64,000 nucleotides of DNA from an uncultured Alphaproteobacteria bacterium. GTDB lineage: Bacteria > Pseudomonadota > Alphaproteobacteria > Rhodobacterales > Rhodobacteraceae. Below are positions 1-12,745 of this stretch, one piece after another (the first letter of the stretch is position 1; each line of letters opens with the position of its first letter). Position numbers and translations under genes: made by a program. The notes beneath the pieces were generated by a model. It saw nothing but the letters and a program-made list of their open reading frames with translations. It was not told the origin of the DNA and did not search any database. Location of the stretch: contig CAVUWP010000017.1 in NCBI GenBank assembly GCA_963745085.1, positions 418,153 through 482,152 of the forward strand, written 5' to 3'.

Positions 1-746
1 TCAGGCGTACCCAGCCGCCCGAGATAGATCTCGCGCAGCAGCGGGCCGAGGCGCGCGCCTCGTCCGGGCTGCCCTCGAAGACCAGCTCGCCGTGGTTCAG
101 CACGCTGACCCGGTCGGCGATGTCGAAGGCCAGGTCCATGTCGTGCTCGATGATCAGCACGGTGAGCGCGCGGGGCAGCGCGTGCAGCAGGCGGTGGAAG
201 GCCGCGACCATCTCCGGCCCGACCCCGCTGGTCGGCTCGTCCATCAGCAGCACACGCGGGCGCGTGGCGAGCGCCAGCCCGACCTCCAGCTGGCGCCGCG
301 GCCCGTAGGCGATGGCGTCGACGGGCGCGTCCAGCAGCCCGGTCAGGCCGACGCTGGCGGCGGTCTCGGCGACGGTCTCGCGGACCTGGCGGTGGGCGAA
401 GCTGTCGCCGAGCAGGCTGCCCTGGCGGCGCTGCGCGGTGGCGGCGGCCAGCGACAGGTTCTCGGCGACCGTCAGGCCGGGCAGGAGGTTGTTCTTCTGG
501 TAGCTGCGGGCCAGGCCGGCGCGGGCGCGGGCGTGCACGGGCAGCCGCGTGACGTCGGCGCCGTCGAGCAGCACGCGCGCCCGCATCGGGCCGCAGATCG
601 CCGGCCAGCAGGTTGAAGAGCGTCGTCTTGCCGGCGCCGTTCGGGCCGAGCACGACCCGCCGCTCGCCGGGCGCGAGCGCCAGCGACACGTCGCGCACGA
701 CCCGGAGCGCGCCGAAGCTTTTCGAGAGGCCCCGGCACTCAAGCAT
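1..746 (-). CDS. Branched-chain-type ABC transporter ATP-binding protein (LivG-like), frameshifted
   Basis: Reads [17 protein letters not shown]...GPNGAGKTT (Walker A), LLMDEPTSG (Walker B) and IEHDMD across frames; stop at 1-3. Confidence 0.85.
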   Translation of the reverse strand, partial: MLECRGLSKSFGALRVVRDVSLALAPGERRVVLGPNGAGKTTLFNLLAGDLRPDAGARAARRRRRHAAARARPRPRRPGPQLPEEQPPARPDGRREPVAGRRHRAAPPGQPARRQLRPPPGPRDRRRDRRQRRPDRAAGRARRRHRLRAAAPAGGRAGARHAPACAADGRADQRGRAGDGRGLPPPAARAAPRAHRADHRARHGPGLRHRRPGQRAEPRRAGLRGQPGRGARLGPLLREIYLGRLGTP

Positions 747-794
747 GGGGGATCTCAAGCATGGCGGCACTCAAGCATGGGCCATCTCAGGCAT
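731..794 (-). repeat. Four tandem 16-bp units, each beginning ATGCYTGAG, at the livM/livG junction
   Basis: Minus-strand units ATGCCTGAGATGGCCC, ATGCTTGAGTGCCGCC, ATGCTTGAGATCCCCC, ATGCTTGAGTGCCGGG; ATGs at 794, 778, 762 and 746. Confidence 0.85.
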
Positions 795-1764
795 GGTTGG
801 CGGCTCGGCGCCGGGCGAGCCGGTCCTCGAGCGTGCCATAAAGCCCGCGGCCGCCGGACATGACGACGGCGATCAGGATCAGGCCGACGAAGAGATGCCA
901 GTGCTCGAAGACCGGCGAGACGTCCTTCAGCCCCTGGATCTCGTGCTTGGCGAAGACGTAGAAGGCGGCGCCCAGCACCGGTCCGACCAGCGTGCCGAGG
1001 CCGCCGAGGATGACGACGACCAGCGCCTCGCCCGACACCGTCCAGTGCAGCAGGCCGGGCGAGATGAACTGCGTGTGCTGGGCTGCCAGCGCGCCGGCCA
1101 GCCCCGCCAGCCCGCCCGAGAGGCCGAAGGCGTTCGCCTTGTGGCGCCAGACGGCGAGGCCGAGCGCCCGCATCCGCCCCTCGTTGGCGCGGATGCCGAC
1201 CAGCGTGCGGCCGAAGCCGGAGGTCAGCAGCCAGGCGGTGCAGGCATAGGCCAGCGCCGCCAGCCCGACGGCGAAAAGCGCGAAGACGCGCGAGTCGCCG
1301 AGGTCGATGCCGATCGCCGTCAGGTCCAGCCTCGGGATGCCGAACATGCCGTCGTCGCCGCCCAGCCACCGGCTCTCGAAGACCCAGACATGCGCCATCT
1401 GCCCGAAGGCCAGCGTCGCCATGATGAAGAAGATGCCGTGCGTCCGCGCCGTCACCGCGCCGATCGCCCAGGCGAACGCGGCGACGCCGAGGACGGCGGC
1501 GGCCAGGCCGAGCCACGCCCCCTGCCCAGCCAGCACGGTGACGGCGGCGAAGAAATAGGCGCCGGCGCCGAACAGCGCGCCATGCGCCAGGCTGACCATG
1601 CCGCCATAGCCGGCGACGAGGTCCAGGCTGATCGCCAGGATCGCCAGGATCGCCACCTCGGTCAGCAGCTCGCGTCCGAAATAGCCGGCCGTCAGGCCAT
1701 AGGCGACGCCGCCGGCCAGCAGCAGCGCGCCGGCGGCGGTCTTTGCCCTGGTCTGGCGGAACAT
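787..1764 (-). CDS. Branched-chain-type ABC transporter permease (LivM-like)
   Basis: Hydrophobic ORF with GYGGMVSLAHGALFG, GGDDGMFG and VVVILGGLGTLVGPVLGA motifs. Confidence 0.9.
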   Translation of the reverse strand: MFRQTRAKTAAGALLLAGGVAYGLTAGYFGRELLTEVAILAILAISLDLVAGYGGMVSLAHGALFGAGAYFFAAVTVLAGQGAWLGLAAAVLGVAAFAWAIGAVTARTHGIFFIMATLAFGQMAHVWVFESRWLGGDDGMFGIPRLDLTAIGIDLGDSRVFALFAVGLAALAYACTAWLLTSGFGRTLVGIRANEGRMRALGLAVWRHKANAFGLSGGLAGLAGALAAQHTQFISPGLLHWTVSGEALVVVILGGLGTLVGPVLGAAFYVFAKHEIQGLKDVSPVFEHWHLFVGLILIAVVMSGGRGLYGTLEDRLARRRAANHA

Positions 1765-1777
1765 CGCGGCCCGAGGC

Positions 1778-2644
1778 TCAGGCTCGGGCGGGGAAGAGGC
1801 CGGCCGGGCGCAGCACCAGCACCGCGGCCAGCAGCGCATAGACGGCCAGGCTGGCGAGCTGCGGCGCCAGCACGACGCCGAAGGTCGAGATGAAGCCGAC
1901 GACCAGGGCGCCCGCGACGGCGCCGCGCAGCGAGCCGAGCCCGCCGATGACGACGACGATCAGCACCGGGATCAGCACCGGCGTCCCCATATCCGGCTCG
2001 ACCGAGAGGACCGGCGCGGCGACCACCCCGGCCAGCCCGGCCAGCGCGCAGCCGACGACGAAGACGCCGAAGAACAGCCGCTCGACGTCGACGCCGAGGC
2101 AGGCCGCCATCGCCTCGTTGTCGACGCCGGCGCGGATCATCGCGCCGAGGGCCGTGCGCGACAGCACCAGCCAGAGCAGGCCCATGACGCAAAGCCCCAG
2201 CGCGATGACGAAGAGCCGGTATGTCGGGTAGACGATGCCGAAAAGCTCGGTCCGCCCGCCGAACAGCGCCGGCTCGGCCAGCCCCAGCGCGACCTCGCCC
2301 CAGCCGATCCGGAAGAGGTCGACGAAGACGAAGATCAGGCCGAAGGTCACCAGCACCTGGTTCATGTGCCCGGCATGGCGCATGCGCCGGATCAGCGCCA
2401 CGTAGAGGACGGCGCCGGCGGCCGCGACCGCGACCGGCGCCGCCAGAAAGCCCGCCCAGTACGAGCCGGCGGCGGTCGCCACCGACCAGCCGGTGAAGGC
2501 GCCGAGCGCATAGAGCGCGCCATGCGCCAGGTTGACGAAGTGCATCAGCCCGAAGATCACCGTCAGCCCGATCGACAGCAGGAACAGCAGCATGGAGAAC
2601 TGCAAGGCGTTCAGCCCCTGCACGATCCAGAACTCGGCGCTCAT
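1778..2644 (-). CDS. Branched-chain-type ABC transporter permease (LivH-like)
   Basis: GLTVIFGLMHFVNLAHGALY and VVVIGGLGSLRGA motifs; intact 288-aa ORF. Confidence 0.9.
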   Translation of the reverse strand: MSAEFWIVQGLNALQFSMLLFLLSIGLTVIFGLMHFVNLAHGALYALGAFTGWSVATAAGSYWAGFLAAPVAVAAAGAVLYVALIRRMRHAGHMNQVLVTFGLIFVFVDLFRIGWGEVALGLAEPALFGGRTELFGIVYPTYRLFVIALGLCVMGLLWLVLSRTALGAMIRAGVDNEAMAACLGVDVERLFFGVFVVGCALAGLAGVVAAPVLSVEPDMGTPVLIPVLIVVVIGGLGSLRGAVAGALVVGFISTFGVVLAPQLASLAVYALLAAVLVLRPAGLFPARA

Positions 2645-2690
2645 CTTCGGTCCAGCCGGGCGGGCGGCAATCCCGTCCCGGTCGCGACGC

Positions 2691-3860
2691 TCAGCCGAGC
2701 GGCTCCATCTTGCAGCCGTTCACCGGCGGCGTGAAGTTCTCGACGGTGCCGACGATCTTCTGCGTCAGCCCGTCCCCCTCGGCCACCGTCTCGTAGATGT
2801 ACATGTTCTGGATGATGTTGTGCGTCGCCGGGTCGATCGAGACCGGCCCGCGCGGGCTGCCGGACAGATCCACCTTCGGCAGCGCCTCGGCCAGCGCCGC
2901 GCGGTCCGTCGCGCCGCCCTTGACGGCCTGCACGATGGCGCGCCCGGCGTCATAGCCCTGCACCGCGTACTCGGACGGGACATGGCCGAAGCTGGCCTTG
3001 AAGTCCTCGACGAACCTGGCGTTGGCCTCGCCCTCGACCGTCGGCACATAGTGCAGCGAGGCGACGACGCCGTTCGCCGCCGGCCCCTCGGCCGCGACAT
3101 AGAGCGGCGAGGTCAGGAACCCCGAGCCATAGAGCGGCATCGCGTCCTTCAGGCCGAAGCTGTCGTACTGCTTGACGAAGCTGATCGCCTCTCCGCCGGC
3201 ATAGAAGACGTAGAGCGCGTCGGCGCCCGACTCCTTGGCCTTGGCCAGATAGGGGCCGAAATCCTGCGTCTTCTGGAAGGGCGTGTACTCGCCGCCGACG
3301 ATCTCGCCGCCGCCCGCCTTGAAGCTTTCCTCGAAGGCGCCGATGCTGTCGTGGCCGGCGGCATAGTCGGGCGCCAGCGTATAGACCGTGCTGACGCCCT
3401 GCCTGGCCAGCCATTCGCCCATCGCCGTGCTCGGCGAGGCGTTGGTGAACGAGACGCGGACGAGATAGGGCGTGCAGCGCTCGCCGGTCGCGGCATCAAG
3501 CCCGGCGTTCGAGACGACGATCGGCACCTTGGCATCGTTCACGAAGTCGCGGATGGCGCCCAGCACGCCCGACGAGACGACGCCCGTCAGCACGTCGACC
3601 TCGTCCTCCAGCACCAGCTTCCTGGCCTTGGCGAGGCCGACCGGCGGCTGGACCTCGGTGTCCTCGCGGATGACCTCGAACTCGAGCCCCTGCCCGTGCT
3701 GCTCGAGCGCCAGGTCGAAGCCGGCGTCGATCTCGTCGGCGAGCGCGGCGTAGACGCCCGAATATGGCAGCAGAACGCCCACCTTGACCGGCTCGGCAGC
3801 CGCCGTCGCCGTCCCCAGAGCCAGCACCGCAGCCGCGGCCAGAGCCTTCGCGTAAGCCAT
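2691..3860 (-). CDS. ABC transporter substrate-binding protein (Leu/Ile/Val family; probably aromatic acid or benzoate)
   Basis: Signal peptide, VKVGVLLPYSGVYA, GVVSSGV, QGYDAG; divergent from benzoate-CoA ligase. Confidence 0.85.
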   Translation of the reverse strand: MAYAKALAAAAVLALGTATAAAEPVKVGVLLPYSGVYAALADEIDAGFDLALEQHGQGLEFEVIREDTEVQPPVGLAKARKLVLEDEVDVLTGVVSSGVLGAIRDFVNDAKVPIVVSNAGLDAATGERCTPYLVRVSFTNASPSTAMGEWLARQGVSTVYTLAPDYAAGHDSIGAFEESFKAGGGEIVGGEYTPFQKTQDFGPYLAKAKESGADALYVFYAGGEAISFVKQYDSFGLKDAMPLYGSGFLTSPLYVAAEGPAANGVVASLHYVPTVEGEANARFVEDFKASFGHVPSEYAVQGYDAGRAIVQAVKGGATDRAALAEALPKVDLSGSPRGPVSIDPATHNIIQNMYIYETVAEGDGLTQKIVGTVENFTPPVNGCKMEPLG

Positions 3861-4096
3861 GGAACCCTCCCCTGTTCTCCTTGCACTCTTCATGCCCCGG
3901 CGGGGCCCGCCCGGCAAGCCGGAACGGGGCGCGCGGGCCCGGGGCAGTGCGCGGGCCAGGGGGCGGCAGGGTTGATGCAGTGCCCTGGGCGGGTTGGGCC
4001 GGGGCCGGGGCAGGTCGGGGCAGGTCGGGGCAGCGCCGAGCGCGCGGGAGTTGCGCCGGCCGGCGCGCCGCCGCTACTCTGCACCGGGGGAAAGCC

Positions 4097-5640
<1,544 letters not shown>

Positions 5641-5939
5641 GCGCATGGCGCGCCGACTTTGCTTGCCATCCTTCGCGAGCTGGGGCGGCCGTCAAGCGTG
5701 CGAGGCACCGCCGAAGGCGGCTTGCCCCGACGGCCGCCCCGCCTCGCGGATGCTCGCGCCCGGCCGGACGCCGGCGTCCGGCCTTCCCCGGCAACAATTG
5801 CGACGGTGCGGCATGGAGCATGCACCAGGGGAGCGCACCCGACGGCGCCGCCGGGCGGCTCGGCCGAAAGCGGAGCGGCAGGCCGAGCGGATGTCGCATG
5901 CGGGCGACCAGCCCGCATTCCGTTTGCCTCGGCCTTCCG

Positions 5940-6747
5940 ATGAACTGGCGCCCCGGCAAGCGGCTCCGCATCGCGGCGGGCGACGCGTCGCTCGAGACGC
6001 GCTGCCTGGGCCGGCGCCCGAGGCGCGCCGACCCTCGCCCTGCTGCACGAGGGGCTCGGCTCGGCCGGCCTGTGGCGCGACTTTCCGGACCGGCTCGCCG
6101 AGGCGACCGGCTGCGGCGTGCTCGCCTGTTCGCGACAGGGCTACGGCGCCTCGGACCCCGGCGCCCTGCCCCGCCCGCTCGACTACATGGAGCGCGAGGC
6201 GACCGAGGTCCTGCCGCTGGTGCTGGACGCGATCGGCTTTCGGCGCGGCGTTCTGCTCGGCCATTCGGACGGCGCCTCGATCGCGGCGCTGCATGCCGGC
6301 ACGGTCGGCGACCGCCGCGTCCGCGGCCTCGTCCTGATGGCGCCGCACTTCTTCGTCGAGGACGTCTCGGTCCGCGCCATCGCCGCCGCCCGCGAGGCCT
6401 ACGAGCGCGGCGATCTGCGCGGCCGCCTCGCGCGCCATCACGCCGACCCGGACGCGGCCTTCCGCGGCTGGTGCGACGCCTGGCTCGACCCGGGCTTTCG
6501 CGCCTGGGACATCACGGCGGCGCTCGACCACATCCGCGTGCCGGTGCTGGCGATCCAGGGCGCAGACGACGAGTACGGCACGCCGGCGCAGCTCGCGGCG
6601 CTGGACGCCGTGCCGGCTCCCGTCGAGATGCATCTGCTGCCAGGCTGCCGGCATTCGCCGCATCTCGACCGCCCGGACGAGACGCTGGCGCTCGTCGCCG
6701 AGTTCATCGCCCGGCTCGACAGGATGGAAGCTGCAGGCCGTGTCTGA
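5940..6747 (+). CDS. Alpha/beta hydrolase associated with the box cluster, frameshifted near the 5' end
   Basis: LLHEGLGS, GHSDG nucleophile elbow, IQGADDEYG, HSPH. Confidence 0.85.
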
Positions 6748-6791
6748 AGCCTTCGCTTGCATCGGCCCGAGCCTCCCGCCATCACCATGCG

Positions 6792-8468
<1,677 letters not shown>

Positions 8469-8509
8469 TCCAGGGTGGGCGGTCCGCCGCACCGCGCGAC
8501 GGAGGCCAC

Positions 8510-9970
8510 ATGCCCGACCTGATCAACGTCGACTACGACACCAGATCCCCAACAACGTCAACCTCTCCGCGGACCGGCGCGTGCTGAAGGCGCTGGAGAA
8601 ATGGCATCCCGGCTATATCGACTGGTGGAACGACCTGATCCCGCAGAACTTCCAGGAGTCGCTGGTCTATCTGCGCACCGCGGTCTCGGTCGATCCCGAA
8701 GGGCTGGGCCAAGTTCGACTATGTGAAGATGCCGGACTACCGCTGGGGCATCCTGCTGGCGCCCGCAGGACGAGGACCGGCACGATCCCCTTCGGCGAGC
8801 ATGACGGCGAGCCGGCCTGGCAGGAAGTGCCGGGCGAGCACCGCGCCATGCTGCGCCGCCTGATCGTCATCCAGGGCGACACCGAGCCCGCCTCGCGTCG
8901 AGCAGCAGCGCCATCTCGGCGCGACCGCGCCCATCGCTCTACGACATGCGCAACCTATTCCAGGTCAACGTCGAGGAGGGCCGCCACCTCTGGGCGATGG
9001 TCTACCTGCTGCAGAAGTATTTCGGCCGCGACGGCCGCGAGGAGGCCGAGGACCTGCTGCGCCGCCGCTCGGGCAGCGACGACGCGCCGCGCATGCTCGG
9101 CGCCTTCAACGAGGCGACGCCGGACTGGCTGTCCTTCTTCATGTTCACCTACTTCACCGACCGCGACGGCAAGATGCAGCTGGAGAGCCTGGCGCAGTCC
9201 GGCTTCGACCCGCTGTCGCGCACCTGCCGCTTCATGCTGACCGAGGAGGCGCACCACATGTTCGTCGGCGAGACCGGCATCGGGCGCATCATCCAGCGCA
9301 CCTGCGAGGCGATGACGCAAGCCGGTATCGACGACCCGACCGACATCGCGCGGCGTGCGGGCGCTCGGCGTGATCGACCTGCCGACCATCCAGAAGAAGC
9401 TGAACCTGCACTATACGCTCGCGCTCGACCTCTTCGGGTCGGAGGTGTCGACCAACGCCGCCAACGCCTTCAACGCCGGCATCAAGGGGCGCTACCGCGA
9501 GACCAAGATCGACGACGACCACCGGCTGACCGACGCCACCTACCCGGTCAGCCAGGTCGTCGACGGCGACGATCCGCACGGTCGAGATGCCGGCGCTGAC
9601 CGCCATCAACATGCGGCTGCGCGACGACTACATCCACGACGCCGCCGGCGGCGTCGCGCCGCTGGAACAAGATCATCGCGCAAGCAGGGCGTCGACTTCG
9701 AGCTGCGGCTGCCGCACGAGGGCTTCCACCGCCAGATCGGCGTCTTCCGGGACGTGCCGGTCACGCCGGACGGCCGCATCGTCGCCCGCGAGGAATGGCA
9801 GGCGCGGCGCGACGACTGGCTGCCGACCACCGACGACGCGGACTTCATCGAGTCGCTGATGGTCCCGGAATGGGAGCCGGGCAGGTACGCCGGCTGGATC
9901 GCGCCGCCCAAGCGTCGGCATCGACAACAGGCCGGGCGACTTCGAATACGTCAAGCTGCACATGGCATGA
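8510..9970 (+). CDS. boxB: Benzoyl-CoA 2,3-epoxidase di-iron subunit BoxB, frameshifted
   Basis: IPNNVNL, IVIQGDTEPAS, VNVEEGRH, TDRDGKMQL, LTEEAHHMF di-iron motifs. Confidence 0.92.
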
Positions 9971-9981
9971 GGGCCGGCGAT

Positions 9982-10629
9982 ATGGCCACGATGGCATTCG
10001 ACCAGCGCAACCTCCCCGGCATCAGGGCCGCCCTCGGCCTCCTGGGCCACCTTGCGGCCGCGCTGGGCGGGCTGGGCGCGGCGGTTCTCGTCTCGGCGAC
10101 GGTCCTCGCTGGCACCACCGCGAACGCGGCGCCCGACAGGGACGTGCACGCGCTGTTCGATGCGGCAGAGCGGAACGGCGAGGTCGGCCGGGCACGCAAG
10201 GGCCGCACGGTCGACGTCAGGGCCGCCACCGAGGGCGAGGTCGTGGTCACCGTCATCGCCGGCGAGGGCGAGGAGACGCGCAGCCCGCCGGCGAGTTCGG
10301 GCGACATGGTCGTCCGCAATCGCTGCCCGCAGACCGGCAACGAGGAAATCCTCGTCTCCGCCGGGAAGTTCGCCGAGCGATACGAGGGACCGACCGGCCC
10401 GGCCGACAGTGCCGGCTGGACACCCTATCGGCCGCGCGGCATCGAGATGGCCTATTTCATCGTGCCGAAGGATTTCGGCAGCTTCCGGTTCATGGCGCCC
10501 TGGGGCGAGGAAATGGCCGCGAACCCCGGCGACGCGATCGTCCGCGACCTGAAGGACACCGCCGACACCTACCGCATCGCGGCCGCCGCCTTCGACTGCA
10601 CATACGAGATCCTCGTCCCAGCCGGATAG
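9982..10629 (+). CDS. Exported hypothetical protein with two internal copies of a GDxxVR...FxxxYE module (PGDYG-like)
   Basis: Hydrophobic N-terminus ending ANA-A; repeats GDMVVRN...KFAERYE and GDAIVRD...AFDCTYE. Confidence 0.7.
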   Translation: MATMAFDQRNLPGIRAALGLLGHLAAALGGLGAAVLVSATVLAGTTANAAPDRDVHALFDAAERNGEVGRARKGRTVDVRAATEGEVVVTVIAGEGEETRSPPASSGDMVVRNRCPQTGNEEILVSAGKFAERYEGPTGPADSAGWTPYRPRGIEMAYFIVPKDFGSFRFMAPWGEEMAANPGDAIVRDLKDTADTYRIAAAAFDCTYEILVPAG

Positions 10630-10693
10630 CGTCGGGCCCCTCTCGCGCCACCGCCGGCGACAGGCGGGCGGCGGCGGGTCGGAGAGCCGGCGC

Positions 10694-11848
10694 TCAGGCC
10701 TCCACGAGGTCAGGGTTGGGAATGATCGTCGACTTCACCGTCCTCATCGCCATCGCATCGGCGACGGCGCGCGCGATGCCGTCCTCGGAGAACTCGAACA
10801 AGGTCTGCATCTCCAGCCAAGGATAGCGGTCGCGCGCCTGCCAGAGCATGTCCACCCCCTTGGGCAGGTCGTTTGCCGTGAAGGCCCAGGATCCCAGCAC
10901 GTTCAGGTCCTTGGTGCAAATGCGGTGCCAGCTCGTGTCGATGCTGCCGGCATCGGTGAACTGACCCATCTCGACATAGGTGCCGCCGTCGCGCAGGAAC
11001 TCGATGCCCTCGGGCCCGGCGGTCGGGTGCCCCGAGCAATCCATCACCAGATCGGCGCCATAGCCGCCGACGATCTCGCGCACGGCGGCGATGCGGTCGG
11101 CGGGCGTCGTCACCTTCTCGATGTCGACGGTCGCCTCGGCGCCGAAGCGGCGTGCCAGCTCGAGCCGGGGCTGCTCGGGCGCGCCGACGGCGATGACCCG
11201 GCCGGCGCCCATCTCCTGCGCCGCCGCGACCGCCAGGATGCCGATCGGCCCGGTGCCCTGCACGACGACGGTGGCGTTCCAGGGGAATGCGCCGATCTTC
11301 TGCGCGCGCGAGAAAGCGCGGATGCAGGACGTCAGCGGCTCGGTCAGCGCCCCCAGCCGCAGCGGCATCTCGTCCGGCAGCTTGTAGATCTTGGTGCCCG
11401 GCAGGTCCTCGAGGTCGACATAGACCATCTCGGCCCAGCCGCCCCACAGATGCGGCGCCTTGTCGAAGCCGAGATAGCGGCCATAGTAGACCGGCGTCAG
11501 GCACTTGTTCGCCGTCTCCGGGTAGTGCAGGCACCAGTCGCAATGGCCGCAGGGCATCAGCGGCGGCAGCATCAGCTTGGAGCCTATGCCGATCCGCTTG
11601 CCCATGAAGTCGGTCGTCAGCTCGTCGCCGATCTCGACGACGACGCCGGCGAGTTCGTGCCCCAGCGTGAACGGCCACGGCAGCGGCTTTGGCCAGTGGC
11701 CCTTGAGGATGTGCAGATCGGTGCCGCAGACGCCGCAGGCGCCGATCCGGATCAGCGCCGCCTTGGGCCCGATCCGGGGCCGCGGAACGCTGCGGATGAC
11801 CGGGGCCGCGCCCGGCCCGTCGAAGGTCGCGACCCTGATGTCGCTCAT
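10694..11848 (-). CDS. Zinc-dependent medium-chain alcohol/polyol dehydrogenase
   Basis: CGVCGTD, GHE, CGHCDWC...C structural zinc site, GTGPIG. Confidence 0.9.
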   Translation of the reverse strand: MSDIRVATFDGPGAAPVIRSVPRPRIGPKAALIRIGACGVCGTDLHILKGHWPKPLPWPFTLGHELAGVVVEIGDELTTDFMGKRIGIGSKLMLPPLMPCGHCDWCLHYPETANKCLTPVYYGRYLGFDKAPHLWGGWAEMVYVDLEDLPGTKIYKLPDEMPLRLGALTEPLTSCIRAFSRAQKIGAFPWNATVVVQGTGPIGILAVAAAQEMGAGRVIAVGAPEQPRLELARRFGAEATVDIEKVTTPADRIAAVREIVGGYGADLVMDCSGHPTAGPEGIEFLRDGGTYVEMGQFTDAGSIDTSWHRICTKDLNVLGSWAFTANDLPKGVDMLWQARDRYPWLEMQTLFEFSEDGIARAVADAMAMRTVKSTIIPNPDLVEA

Positions 11849-11886
11849 TTCCATACCTCTCGTCGCGGTTTTCCGATCCTCATGGT

Positions 11887-12584
11887 TCAGCTTTTCGTGC
11901 CGGCCATCGCCACCGCCCGCACCAGCGTGGCCAGAAAGCGGCGCTCCAGCATCAACAGCGCGCCGGGGCCGTCGAAGGCGATCTCGACCCGCGCCGCCGT
12001 CGCCGCGTTGGACGTGCCGACCCGGTCCCAGCCGCCATCGCCAGCCCGTCGATCGGCCAGAGCAGCCCGCGCGACCGGGTGCCGGTGACCGGGCGCAGCG
12101 GGTAGAGCGAGAGCCGCGCGCCGGGCTCGAGGCCGAGCTCCAGCAAGCGGCCGGGCGGAACCAGCGCCATCGCCTCGGCCTCGCCGAGCAGCACGACCGT
12201 CTTGTCCGGCCAGGCCAGCATGACGTGCAGCACCGCCAGCAGGTGATCGACGCGCGCCCCGGTGAAGCCGACGCCGACATAGAACGGCGCCCGCGTCGAA
12301 TAGAGGCACTTCTCGAAGTCGGTCGTCTCCTGCTCGGCCAGGTGCAGGAAGCGCGCCGGCCCGGTCCGCCAGCGCTCCGGGTCGGCGACGAATCCATGTC
12401 GCCGATCACCGCGGCCGGCTTCAGCCGCCATTCGGCGAGACGATCGGCGCCGCTGTCCGCCGCCACCAGCTCGGGCGCCAGCGCGCGCGCCTCGCTCCAG
12501 CATGTCGCCGGCCAGCGGGCCGCCGCCGACCAGCGTCACCGGGCGCTCGAAGACCAGCGGCGCGACACTGGCGTGATCCTCCAT
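11887..12584 (-). CDS. thiN: Thiamine diphosphokinase, frameshifted
   Basis: VTLVGGG, AADSGAD, VIGDMDS, EQETTDFEKCL, GFTGARVDH, GLLWP..GTSN. Confidence 0.85.
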
Positions 12585-12745
12585 CCCGCCTGATTGGACC
12601 GGTCGGGCGCCGGCGGTCAACCTGCGCGCGCTCGGCGCTGGTCGGGTGGTGGCCGGGCCCACCCGCCTTGACCGGCCCGGGCAATTGGGTGAGTTTCGCG
12701 GGCTGGGAGGCGGCCCTGCGCGCGTCCCGAGATCCGGGAGACGCA

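Noticed and set aside
3861..4096. BoxR/BzdR operator
   Set aside because: TGCA words at 3882, 3976 and 4080 lack the close paired spacing expected
9355..10629. Apparent BoxB fusion to the downstream protein
   Set aside because: Produced by an indel near the boxB end; boxB has its own stop at 9970 and the next gene has its own export signal
10694..12466. Apparent ThiN-dehydrogenase fusion, likewise glmM-msrA, coaD-cyclophilin and the long 5' extension of dcp
   Set aside because: Read-through arises from frameshifts or open GC-rich frames; each gene has its own start
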